From assembly GCA_946624925.1 (NCBI GenBank), contig CAMOSO010000027.1, positions 23,115 to 87,114 on the forward strand: DNA of 64,000 nucleotides, given 5' to 3'. Positions 43,854 through 53,138 of the stretch are shown piece by piece; the first letter of the stretch is position 1; each line of letters begins with the position of its first letter. The position numbers and the translations under genes are program-made. Source of the DNA: an uncultured Bacteroidales bacterium. Its GTDB lineage: Bacteria > Bacteroidota > Bacteroidia > Bacteroidales > UBA3824. A model generated the notes under the pieces. It did no database searches, was not told the origin of the DNA, and worked only from the letters and a program-made list of their open reading frames with translations.

Positions 43854-45094
43854 GTGATGTTGTATTCTTTGAGTTTCCTATATAGCGTTCGTTCCGAAAT
43901 GCCGAGCTCCTCCGCCGCCGCCTTTCGCTTGCCGTTGTGTTTTTCGAGCGCCTTTTTTATAAGGTTGCACTCCGATTCGGTGAGCGACAGGCTGTCGTGG
44001 TGCGTGATCACGTGAGTGTCGATTACATTGTCGTGATGGAGCGTATCCATCTTTGGGTGCATCGACTGCATTATCGGCTTGTCATCTATCGTAACATACG
44101 GGCTGTAATCCTCTTGCTGGAAGTACATCGCGTTGTCGTCGTCCCCCATCTGTGCAGCATTGCCACCGATGAGGTCTTTCATTTCTTTTTTGAGTTCGGC
44201 GATGTCGTTTTTCATATCAAACAACACCTTGTATAATATCTCCCTCTCGGAGGCGAAGTCTGCATTGCCGCCTGATTGATGCGCCGGTACAATGGCAGGG
44301 TGCGTGTCTTCCTTGTAGTCGGGGAGGTACTTTACAAGTATCTCGCCAGTGATGTCGCGCTGCTGTTCTATTATAGATACCTGCTCCGTGATGTTGCGGA
44401 GCTGCCTTACGTTGCCGGGCCAGCGGTATGTGAGCAGCACTTGTTTGCCACTATCGTCGAGCCTGATGACGGGCATATTGTATTTTTCGGCGAAGTCGGC
44501 GGCAAACTTCCTGAACAAGAGCAATATGTCGTTGCCACGTTCACGGAGCGGCGGCATATTGATCTGCACAGTATTGAGCCTGTAATAGAGGTCTTCACGA
44601 AAACGGCCTTCCTTTACTGCTTTTGCCACGTTGACGTTGGTGGCTGCCACCACGCGCACATCGGTCTTCTGCACCTTGCTCGAACCTACTTTCATAAATT
44701 CCTTGCTCTCCAATATGCGCAGAAGCCTCACTTGAGTGCTTAGAGGCAGCTCGGCAACTTCGTCGAGGAATATTGTGCCCTTGTCAGCCACCTCAAAATA
44801 ACCCTTGCGCGACTCGTTGGCACCTGTGAACGAGCCTTTCTCATGCCCAAACAGCTCGCTGTCTATCGTGCCTTCGGGTATGGCACCGCAATTGACGGCT
44901 ATATAAGGGCCGTGCTTGCGTGCGCTCAGGGCATGGATTACCTGGGGTATGTTTTCCTTGCCGACACCCGACTCGCCAATGACGAGCACAGAGATGTCGG
45001 TAGGGGCTACCTGGGCGGCTATGTCGAGGGCGCGGTTGAGCGCGAGGTCGTTGCCTATGATGCCAAAACGTTGCTTGATGCCTTGAAGTTCCAT
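43850..45094 (-). CDS. Sigma-54-dependent transcriptional activator (AAA+ plus Fis-type HTH, no receiver domain)
   Basis: VLVIGESGVGKE (Walker A), ELFGHEKGSFTGA (GAFTGA-like), WPGNVRQLRN, and a C-terminal AAEELGISERTLYRKLKEY. Confidence 0.9.
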   Translation of the reverse strand: MELQGIKQRFGIIGNDLALNRALDIAAQVAPTDISVLVIGESGVGKENIPQVIHALSARKHGPYIAVNCGAIPEGTIDSELFGHEKGSFTGANESRKGYFEVADKGTIFLDEVAELPLSTQVRLLRILESKEFMKVGSSKVQKTDVRVVAATNVNVAKAVKEGRFREDLYYRLNTVQINMPPLRERGNDILLLFRKFAADFAEKYNMPVIRLDDSGKQVLLTYRWPGNVRQLRNITEQVSIIEQQRDITGEILVKYLPDYKEDTHPAIVPAHQSGGNADFASEREILYKVLFDMKNDIAELKKEMKDLIGGNAAQMGDDDNAMYFQQEDYSPYVTIDDKPIMQSMHPKMDTLHHDNVIDTHVITHHDSLSLTESECNLIKKALEKHNGKRKAAAEELGISERTLYRKLKEYNIT

Positions 45095-45138
45095 TTGCTA
45101 ATATTCAGCGGTGTGTTTATACCACTTTTTCAAAAGGG

Positions 45139-45146
45139 CAAAGGTA
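45139..45146 (-). promoter_or_regulatory. -7 box TACCTTTG upstream of the sigma-54 activator gene
   Basis: The minus strand reads TAccTTTG about 44 nt before the ATG at 45094. Confidence 0.4.
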
Positions 45147-45219
45147 ATCATTTATTTGATAAATCGGAACTTTTTTTGGGTTTTATTTGAAAAAAAATGT
45201 TTTTATCCCGTATTTTTGG

Positions 45220-45227
45220 TATATTTG
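45220..45227 (+). promoter_or_regulatory. -7 box TATATTTG upstream of the DUF1566-like gene
   Basis: It fits TAnnTTTG exactly and lies 26 nt before the ATG at 45254. Confidence 0.45.
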
Positions 45228-45253
45228 CGACACAAAACTTAATTATTATAACC

Positions 45254-45937
45254 ATGAAACCTAAATTTCTCACCCTGATTCTGCTTCTGACATCCTTATT
45301 GTGGCATACTGTAACGGCATCCGCACAGCAAGGGCACGACTATGTGGACCTTGGACTTCCGTCCGGCACGTTGTGGGCTACCTGCAATATCGGTGCTGAA
45401 AATCCATGGCAGCCCGGCGATTATTTTGCTTGGGGCGAGACCTCCACAAAGGCGCAATATGACTGGTCGTTTTATCAATATGCCGACGGCAACTACGACA
45501 AACTAATCAAATATTGCAACAAATCAACATACGGCAATGACGGCTACACCGACCGTCTCAGAGTGCTTGAAGATGCCGACGACGCCGCCAATGCTATCTG
45601 GGGTACAGAATGGCACATCCCTACTGCGGCTCAGTATAAGGAGCTTATGGACAATTGCACCAATGAGTGGACTGTCAATTACAAAGGCAAAGGCGTGGCG
45701 GGCAGGATTTTCAAGAGCAAGAAAAACGACAACGAGATTTTCCTGCCCGCCGCTGGATTCGTCGGCGACAACGGCACACCTACTCGCATCGGCAATTACG
45801 GCTTCTACTGGTCGTCGTCGCTATGTACCGACAATCCGAGCAACGCCCCCCTACTCTACTTCCATTCTGGATACACAAGCCCGCTCAGCAACAGTTTTAG
45901 ATACTACGGGCAATCAGTGAGACCGGTAAGACGCTAA
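45254..45937 (+). CDS. Secreted DUF1566 / FISUMP-like domain protein
   Basis: Signal peptide MKPKFLTLILLLTSLLWHTVTASAQ. Motifs are LPSGTLWATCNIGA, YFAWGE, WHIPTAAQYKEL, IFLPAAGF and YWSSS. Confidence 0.7.
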   Translation: MKPKFLTLILLLTSLLWHTVTASAQQGHDYVDLGLPSGTLWATCNIGAENPWQPGDYFAWGETSTKAQYDWSFYQYADGNYDKLIKYCNKSTYGNDGYTDRLRVLEDADDAANAIWGTEWHIPTAAQYKELMDNCTNEWTVNYKGKGVAGRIFKSKKNDNEIFLPAAGFVGDNGTPTRIGNYGFYWSSSLCTDNPSNAPLLYFHSGYTSPLSNSFRYYGQSVRPVRR

Positions 45938-46063
45938 CAATAAAGGTTGTTGTCAACTAAAAATATTGTCGATTGGACGATGAAAGAAGTGTAATATCCG
46001 CCATTATAATCCCCCGGCGAAAAAAAATATCACACTTTTTTTCTTTTTTGCATTATTTTTGAA

Positions 46064-46071
46064 TATCTTTG
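46064..46071 (+). promoter_or_regulatory. -7 box TATCTTTG upstream of the GLUG-repeat gene
   Basis: It fits TAnnTTTG exactly and lies 34 nt before the ATG at 46106. Confidence 0.45.
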
Positions 46072-46105
46072 GGAAGATTTTAAGTATATTTTATCATTGA
46101 AAGTC

Positions 46106-49100
46106 ATGAGACGCATACTAATTATATTATTTTTGCTGCTGTCAGGCAGGACTTTAGCCATCGACTACAACCCCGACGGCACCATTAAGCCTGTCATCGA
46201 CTGGTATGTCGATAATATCAAGGCTGAGCTGTACGAGATCACCACACCCAACGAACTTGCAGGCCTCGCCGCGCTCGTAAACGGTACAACGGGCTTCTTC
46301 TCGCCATACGATTTCACGGGCAAGACCGTGGTGCTCGCCAACGACATCGACATGGAATGTTATGTGGACGAAAACGACGCAAGCATCAATGGCTGCGTGT
46401 GGACTCCTATCGGCATCAACTATTCGGCGCGTTTTGCCGGCTCCTTCGACGGACAAGGCTACGCCATCAAAAATTTCATAGTGGCGGGTGGCAAGTCGGG
46501 AACGCTATTCGGATACAACAGCGGCACAATACGCAACCTCGTCATAGCCGGCGGCATGGTGAGCGTAGAATATTACGGCGCGGGCGTCTGCAGCCACAAT
46601 TCGGGTACAATTGACCACTGTATAAACACCGCCAATATTTTCTGCAACAACTACGGCGGCGGCATAGTTGGCAAAAATTATGACAACGGCATCATCACCA
46701 ACTGCATCAACATCGGATACGTACAAAACGGCAACTTCTGCGGCGGCATAGTGGGATCAAACGCCACTTCGGGCACCACAATCACCAATTGCATATACGA
46801 CTCGCAGACCTGTCCGCTCAAAAAAGGCTGCGGCACCATCGACAACAAAAGCATCAAGGGACTGCCAACAGCACAGATTGTGGCGGGGCTCAATTTTGAC
46901 CACAACGGATTTGTAATAGACGAAAACCTGTATCCGCGCCTTGAAATATCCTCACTCAGCGACGCACTCCGCGCCGCGCTCTCTCCCGTAAAACTGCCCG
47001 ACGGACAGACGGCGGCAAGCGTTTCCAAAAACTTTGAAATAATCAAATCACCTGGCATAGAATACTCTTCGTCAAACACCACATTCCTCGATATAGACGA
47101 CAACAAATGCGAACTCAAAGGCAGCACAAGCCTATTTGTAATCGTAAAAGGCGGCAGATGCACAAGAAACGTCATCTTCAAATCGACAATGCAGCACGCA
47201 CTCACCACCGGCACCTCCAACACACCGATTAGAATCAAAAACTACGAGGAATTAGCCCGATTTGCCAACGCGGTCAATTATCGCACCAGCTACAACGGCA
47301 TAGCCTGCATCGACGGCTTCAAAGACGTTTACTTCGCCCTCATGGACAATGTGCACATCCCCGACACCGTAAATTGGAACCCTATCGGCACGCCGAGCGC
47401 ACCTTTCAACGGCATTTTTTCGGGATTTGGACACGTAGTGGGCAACATGAATATAATGCGCCCCCTCGACAAATACTGCGGCCTCTTCGGCTACAACAAT
47501 GGCACAATCACAAACGTATGCCTCGTAGGTGGACACATATTTGGCGGCGACTACACTGGCTCAATCTGCGGCTACAACACAGGCTCTGTGGAAAAATGCA
47601 TCAACGCAGTGCCACTGCGCGGACATTACTATTGCGGCGGTATATGCGGATTCAATAGCAGCGGCTCCATCGCATACAACCTGCAAATCAACAGCGTGGA
47701 CGGCCTCGAAGACTACACCGGAGCTATATGCGGCGGCGCAATAGGCGGCTCCATCTCCAACTGCTTCTTCGACAACCAAATATGCACTTTGCAAGATGCC
47801 GTAGGCGACAACGAACTCCTGCAAATGACACACACCGAAGGTCGCCCCACAGTAAATATGATAAGCGACAAACTCAAGGGCAAAAATGGTTTTGACATCG
47901 ACTTCGTATTCGCCGACCGCCTATACCCCAGGATTATCTCATCCGACACATACAGCGAGGCCATCGTGGCATCCACCCCAATATTCATAGGCAAAGGCGA
48001 AAACGTGCGCGCTCTCATGTCGTTCATCGAACTCGACAATATCGACAGCGTAAAATACGAATGTCGCCAAAACGACGTATTGCAGATAAAAGACGACAAG
48101 GCTCTGCCGCTCAAGCAAGGCGCGGTAGTATTGGTAACCACCGACGGCAAGGTAAAGAAAGAGATAATGATACGCATCAGCAATCCGTCCCTATCGCCCT
48201 CTGGCACAGCCGACAAGCCTCTGCTCATCAGTTCATACGACGACCTATGCAAATTGAGCGAAGCCGTAAACCTCGGCGGCAACTACAAGGGCTACGCCTG
48301 CATAGATGGTTTCAAGGACGTGCATTTCAAAATTACAAACAACATCACATGCCCGTCGGACGTCGAAATGTGGCCCATCGGCACCATCCTCTCCCCTTTC
48401 AACGGCATACTCGATGGCGACGGCAAGATAATACACGGCTTCCACTGCAGCCAGCCTCTCTACGACAACATCGGCCTCATCGGCTACAACACCGGCATCG
48501 TGAAAAACGTCAAACTCTACGGAGCCAACATCCAGGGACACTACTACACCGGCGGCATCTGCGGATTCAATATGGGGCGCATAGAATCGTGCAAGACCGA
48601 ATCGTCGCGCATCAAGGCCGACAACTACTGCGGAGGCATCTGCGGATTCAACAACGGCGAAATAGCCAATTGCACCAACAACAGCGCAGTAAACTGCGAC
48701 TACTACGCCGGCGGCATCTGCGGAAGCTGCAGCGGACGCATCGATTCCTGCGTCAACGAAAAATCTGGACTTATCACCGGACTGAGCTGCGTAGGAGGCA
48801 TCTCTGGAAGCAACAACACCGAAATCAACCACTGCACCAATCACGCCACCATCACCGGGCGCGACAATACCGGCGGCATTTCGGGGCGCAACTCATTCGC
48901 CCTCATCAAACATTCCTTCAATTCCGGCACTATCAACGGCGGCGACTGTTCGGGCGGCATCGCTGGATTCAACGACGGCAACATCTACCTCTGCGTCAAC
49001 GAAAGCACCGTGGAGGCTTCATACGCAGCGGGCGGCATCGCTGGCAAAGGCGGCAAGATGGAAGGCTGCATCAACAAGGGCTCAATCAATTCCAGCGGCA

Positions 49101-49582
49101 ACAACGCCGGCGGCATCATCGGCGTGGCAAAATCGACATCTGAAATAAAAATGTGCTACAACGACGGCTCGATAAAGGCTCAGGCATTTGTAGGCGGCAT
49201 CTGCTCCGACAATGTGCAGGGGCAAATCACATCATGCATCAGCAATGGCAAGCTCTCCGCTGCATATTACGTAGGCGGCATCGTAGGATACAATTCTGGC
49301 AACACGATTTCCTGCATTTTCACCGGCACCATCGACGGCTCGTCTTATTACGGCTCGATATGCGGACGCGAAAACGACGGCACCATCGAACGATGCGTCT
49401 ATGACAAGGAAGTAAGCAGCGCAGGCGGCATCGACAACAAAGACGTTCCCCAGAAAGCCGTTGGATACACCACACAACAACTCAAGGGAAACATAATGTC
49501 GGGCATTTTAAACAAAGACGACTTTAGATTTAGAGATGGCGTATATCCCGACATCAATAGGAGCAACTTCAACAAAGACTAA
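46106..49582 (+). CDS. Giant secreted GLUG-motif repeat protein (about 1158 aa)
   Basis: Signal peptide MRRILIILFLLLSGRTLA. It has many GGICGxN / GGIAG / GGIVG repeats (GLUG motif) and three homologous modules of about 330 aa. ATG at 46106 (the track start is a TTG). Confidence 0.8.
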   Translation: MRRILIILFLLLSGRTLAIDYNPDGTIKPVIDWYVDNIKAELYEITTPNELAGLAALVNGTTGFFSPYDFTGKTVVLANDIDMECYVDENDASINGCVWTPIGINYSARFAGSFDGQGYAIKNFIVAGGKSGTLFGYNSGTIRNLVIAGGMVSVEYYGAGVCSHNSGTIDHCINTANIFCNNYGGGIVGKNYDNGIITNCINIGYVQNGNFCGGIVGSNATSGTTITNCIYDSQTCPLKKGCGTIDNKSIKGLPTAQIVAGLNFDHNGFVIDENLYPRLEISSLSDALRAALSPVKLPDGQTAASVSKNFEIIKSPGIEYSSSNTTFLDIDDNKCELKGSTSLFVIVKGGRCTRNVIFKSTMQHALTTGTSNTPIRIKNYEELARFANAVNYRTSYNGIACIDGFKDVYFALMDNVHIPDTVNWNPIGTPSAPFNGIFSGFGHVVGNMNIMRPLDKYCGLFGYNNGTITNVCLVGGHIFGGDYTGSICGYNTGSVEKCINAVPLRGHYYCGGICGFNSSGSIAYNLQINSVDGLEDYTGAICGGAIGGSISNCFFDNQICTLQDAVGDNELLQMTHTEGRPTVNMISDKLKGKNGFDIDFVFADRLYPRIISSDTYSEAIVASTPIFIGKGENVRALMSFIELDNIDSVKYECRQNDVLQIKDDKALPLKQGAVVLVTTDGKVKKEIMIRISNPSLSPSGTADKPLLISSYDDLCKLSEAVNLGGNYKGYACIDGFKDVHFKITNNITCPSDVEMWPIGTILSPFNGILDGDGKIIHGFHCSQPLYDNIGLIGYNTGIVKNVKLYGANIQGHYYTGGICGFNMGRIESCKTESSRIKADNYCGGICGFNNGEIANCTNNSAVNCDYYAGGICGSCSGRIDSCVNEKSGLITGLSCVGGISGSNNTEINHCTNHATITGRDNTGGISGRNSFALIKHSFNSGTINGGDCSGGIAGFNDGNIYLCVNESTVEASYAAGGIAGKGGKMEGCINKGSINSSGNNAGGIIGVAKSTSEIKMCYNDGSIKAQAFVGGICSDNVQGQITSCISNGKLSAAYYVGGIVGYNSGNTISCIFTGTIDGSSYYGSICGRENDGTIERCVYDKEVSSAGGIDNKDVPQKAVGYTTQQLKGNIMSGILNKDDFRFRDGVYPDINRSNFNKD

Positions 49583-49595
49583 AACCGAACAAGGC

Positions 49596-50867
49596 ATGAA
49601 GAAGATTTTTATAATAATGGCAATGCTAATTGCGATGCAAGGCCTCCGCGCCCAGACATATTCGGAATGGAGCAATCAGGAACTCGCCAAGGCAAACACC
49701 GCCCAAAACACCAACCTGTCACAACAGGAAAAGCTCGTATTCCTATATTGTAACCTCGCAAGGCTCGACGGCGCAAAATTCATGCGCACATACGCCGCCA
49801 AATACCTCACCGGCAGTTCGCCATACGTGGCATCGCTCAAACGAGATTTGCAACAATCGAAAAACCGTCCCATGCTCTATCCCGAAAAAAACCTCTGCTT
49901 CACGGCAGCACTCCATGCAGACGACATGGGCAAGCACGGCATGACCGGGCACAATTCGTCTGACGGCACGGCGTGTTTCTCCCGCATAGGCAAATATTAC
50001 AAATGCGGCAATGCCGCCGAAAATTGCAGTTATGGCTATTCTGACGCACTTGACATTGTGATGCAACTCCTGCTCGACGACGGTCTTCCAAGCGTAGGAC
50101 ACCGCGTAAACATCCTCAACGCCACATACAACGCAATGGGCACAAGCATCAAGCCTCACGAAGGATATAGATACAACTGCGTGCAAGATTTTGGAGAGAA
50201 AATATTGACACCGATGGCAAGCTCGTCGTCAAGCAACAACTCCATCAACCAACTCAACAATCGAAACAACAACCCTCCCCAAAACGACAACCGAACCAAC
50301 TCTCGCCCAAACAACAACGGCAACCAAGGCCCTACACTGCCCTCCAACAACAGTTACACATCTTCCAACGAAATCGAAAACGCCTTCAACTACCTCAATG
50401 CCATCCGCAAAAATCCTGCACGTTACAGCCAGGAAATGGGTGTGAATCTCAACGGCATAAAAGCAATGCCCGAACTCAGATGGAATCACACCCTCGCCAA
50501 AGTGGCGCAAGAGAAGGCGCAGGACATGGTGGATCGCGATTATTTTGCCCATGTAGATCCCGACGGATGCGGCATCAACATCAAGATAAACGCCGCCGGA
50601 TACACTCTCCGCAACGATTGGTACGACGATGCCAGCAAAAACTACTTTGAAAGCCTCGGAGTAGGCAGCAATATCTCTACTGGCAAGAGCATAATACACC
50701 TCCTCATCAACGACGGCGGAGCCGACAACGACGACGCCGGACACCGCCGCCACCTCCTCGGCATCGACGATTTTTGGAGCAATTGCTACGACATCGGCAT
50801 CGGCATGGCAAAAGGCGGTCAATACGGATATTATTGGTGCGTCATTATTGCAAAACACAATTTCTAA
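49596..50867 (+). CDS. Secreted protein with two CAP/SCP-like domains joined by an Asn/Ser/Pro-rich linker
   Basis: Signal peptide MKKIFIIMAMLIAMQGLRAQ. Motifs are ...HADDMGKHGMTGHNSSDG...GHRVNIL and ...AQDMVDRDYFAHVDPDG...AGHRRHLLG. The linker is SSSSSNNSINQLNNRNNNPPQNDNRTNSRPNNNGNQG. Confidence 0.65.
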   Translation: MKKIFIIMAMLIAMQGLRAQTYSEWSNQELAKANTAQNTNLSQQEKLVFLYCNLARLDGAKFMRTYAAKYLTGSSPYVASLKRDLQQSKNRPMLYPEKNLCFTAALHADDMGKHGMTGHNSSDGTACFSRIGKYYKCGNAAENCSYGYSDALDIVMQLLLDDGLPSVGHRVNILNATYNAMGTSIKPHEGYRYNCVQDFGEKILTPMASSSSSNNSINQLNNRNNNPPQNDNRTNSRPNNNGNQGPTLPSNNSYTSSNEIENAFNYLNAIRKNPARYSQEMGVNLNGIKAMPELRWNHTLAKVAQEKAQDMVDRDYFAHVDPDGCGINIKINAAGYTLRNDWYDDASKNYFESLGVGSNISTGKSIIHLLINDGGADNDDAGHRRHLLGIDDFWSNCYDIGIGMAKGGQYGYYWCVIIAKHNF

Positions 50868-50910
50868 CAATTGACCCTAAAAAAACTTTGCCCTTTTCCT
50901 AAATTATCAT

Positions 50911-50918
50911 TAACTTTG
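50911..50918 (+). promoter_or_regulatory. -7 box TAACTTTG upstream of mazG
   Basis: It fits TAnnTTTG exactly and lies 28 nt before the ATG at 50947. Confidence 0.45.
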
Positions 50919-50946
50919 CCATTCGATACTATAAAATGACAAAGAA

Positions 50947-51741
50947 ATGGAAAACAGCAAAATATCAGAATCTTTCTTCCGTCTGCTCGACACAATAAAA
51001 GTGTTGCGCAAACGATGCCCGTGGGACGCCGCTCTCACCAACGAGCAACTCCGCACCCTCACCATCGAGGAAGTATATGAACTCTCGCAGTCGATAATAG
51101 CCAACAACCCCACCGACCGCAAAAAAGAACTCGGCGACGTGCTGCTGCACATCATCATCTACGCCCTCATCGCCGAGGAGAAAGGCGAATTTAATATAAC
51201 GGACGTATTCGACGCCCTCAACGAAAAACTCGTATTCCGCCACCCGCACATCTTTGGCGACGTCAAGGCCGAGACCCCGGAAGAAGTGTCTAAACTCTGG
51301 GAACAGGTGAAACTCAAAGAAAAAGGCGGCAACAAGACCGTACTCGGCGGCATTCCGCAATCGTTGCCTTCGGTAATCAAGGCATACCGTATCCAAGACA
51401 AAGCATCGCACGCCGGATTCGATTGGCACGACAAACACGACGTATGGCCCAAGGTGTTTGAAGAAATCGACGAACTCAAAGTAGAACTCGAAAAAGGCGA
51501 CGCCGACAAGTCGGAAGACGAATTTGGCGACCTGCTGTTTGCAACCATCAACGCCGGAAGGCTCTACGGCATCAACGCCGACACCGCCTTGGAACGCTGC
51601 AACGCAAAATTCACACGCCGTTTCAACCACATAGAAGCCCGCGCCAAGGAACAAGGCCTCTCCCTAAAAGACATGACCCTCGAACAGATGGAAGATCTCT
51701 GGAACGAGGCAAAAGCCATCGAAAGACAACAAAAACAATGA
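50947..51741 (+). CDS. mazG: Nucleoside triphosphate pyrophosphohydrolase MazG
   Basis: LRKRCPWDAALTNEQLRTLTIEEVYEL...ELGDVLLHIIIY...FRHPHIFG, and a second EFGDLLF repeat. Confidence 0.9.
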   Translation: MENSKISESFFRLLDTIKVLRKRCPWDAALTNEQLRTLTIEEVYELSQSIIANNPTDRKKELGDVLLHIIIYALIAEEKGEFNITDVFDALNEKLVFRHPHIFGDVKAETPEEVSKLWEQVKLKEKGGNKTVLGGIPQSLPSVIKAYRIQDKASHAGFDWHDKHDVWPKVFEEIDELKVELEKGDADKSEDEFGDLLFATINAGRLYGINADTALERCNAKFTRRFNHIEARAKEQGLSLKDMTLEQMEDLWNEAKAIERQQKQ

Positions 51742-52982
51742 AAAAAATATCATTTTTGGCAATGCCGCTCCTTGCTGCTGCGCTTACGTGCTGCACGGCT
51801 CGCGGCGGACAGTCGGCGGCAAGCGGACAATCTGTTGCAACAACTACGGCTGCCGACAGCATTGCCGTTGCCCCTAAAAAAGACACCATAAAACCAATCA
51901 CCGTAGCAGCCGAAGACACAGCGGCTTACCTGCCATTATTGCGCGGCAAAAGGGTGGCTCTCACCGCCAACCCCACAGCCCAAGCATTTGGCAAACATCT
52001 GCTTGACGTAATGATAGAAGGCGGTGTGGACGTCCAAAAAGTATTCGCACCCGAACACGGATTCCGTGGCGCGGCAGAGCCAGGCGAAAAGGTAGATACA
52101 GAGACCGACCAAAAGACCGGCGTGAAGATAGTGTCGCTCTTTGGCAAAAACCTCAAACCAACGCCCCAGCAAATGTCGGGGCTTGATTACGTTGTGTATG
52201 ACATTCAGGATGTTGGATGCAGATTTTTCACGTACATAAGCACGTTGCACAATGTAATGGAGGCGGCGGCAGAGTCCAATGTAAAAGTGATTGTGCTCGA
52301 CCGTCCCAATCCCAACATCGACTACGTGGCGGGTCCCATCCGCGATGCCGATTGCGCATCATTCGTAAGCATGGACCCAATTCCCATTGTTTACGGCATG
52401 ACCGTGGGCGAACTCGCCAAGATGATCAACGGCGAAGGCTGGCTCAAAGGCGGTGTCAAATGCGACCTTACAGTGATTCCAGTTGCCAATTATGACCGCT
52501 CGATGCGTTACCAACTGCCCATCAAGCCCTCCCCCAACCTGCCCGACTATCTTTCGGTAAGGTTGTATCCGAGTTTGTGCTTATTTGAGGCAACTAATAT
52601 CAGCGTAGGACGCGGCACAGAAACGCCGTTTACCTTCATCGGCTATCCCGACCCGAAATACGGCGAATATGTGTTTACGCCCAAGGACATACCCGGCATG
52701 CAGACCAATCCGATGCACGAGGGCAAGAAGTGTTATGGCGTAGATTTTCACGGCATCAATCCCGACAGCACACGTTTCACGTTGAAATACTTCATCGACA
52801 TGTACCGCATATCGGGCGGCACGTGCATCACCAGTCAAAACCTCCTCGGCAAATTGTACGGCAACAAATCGCTCGTAAAGATGCTCGCCGCTGGTGCAAC
52901 GGAAGACCAAATCATCCAATCGTGGGAGCCGGGATTGTCGGATTTCGTAAAAAAACGCCAAAAATATCTGATGTACAAATAA
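51738..52982 (+). CDS. DUF1343 family protein (exo-beta-N-acetylmuramidase NamZ-like)
   Basis: Lipoprotein-like N-terminus. Motifs are LLRGKRVALTANPTA, FAPEHGFRG, DYVVYDIQDVGCRFFTYISTL and VLDRPNP. Confidence 0.8.
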   Translation: MKKISFLAMPLLAAALTCCTARGGQSAASGQSVATTTAADSIAVAPKKDTIKPITVAAEDTAAYLPLLRGKRVALTANPTAQAFGKHLLDVMIEGGVDVQKVFAPEHGFRGAAEPGEKVDTETDQKTGVKIVSLFGKNLKPTPQQMSGLDYVVYDIQDVGCRFFTYISTLHNVMEAAAESNVKVIVLDRPNPNIDYVAGPIRDADCASFVSMDPIPIVYGMTVGELAKMINGEGWLKGGVKCDLTVIPVANYDRSMRYQLPIKPSPNLPDYLSVRLYPSLCLFEATNISVGRGTETPFTFIGYPDPKYGEYVFTPKDIPGMQTNPMHEGKKCYGVDFHGINPDSTRFTLKYFIDMYRISGGTCITSQNLLGKLYGNKSLVKMLAAGATEDQIIQSWEPGLSDFVKKRQKYLMYK

Positions 52983-53138
52983 AAAGCTGCAAAAAAATTA
53001 GAAAAAAATATCCTTGCATCTTTTTTTTGTCAAAAAAAATTTTTTATCTTTAAGTCGGAATAAACCCACGACATTTCCCAAATGTTGCGGGTCGTTAACC
53101 GTTTGTAATTCAGCATATTGGCAAAAAACATATACATC

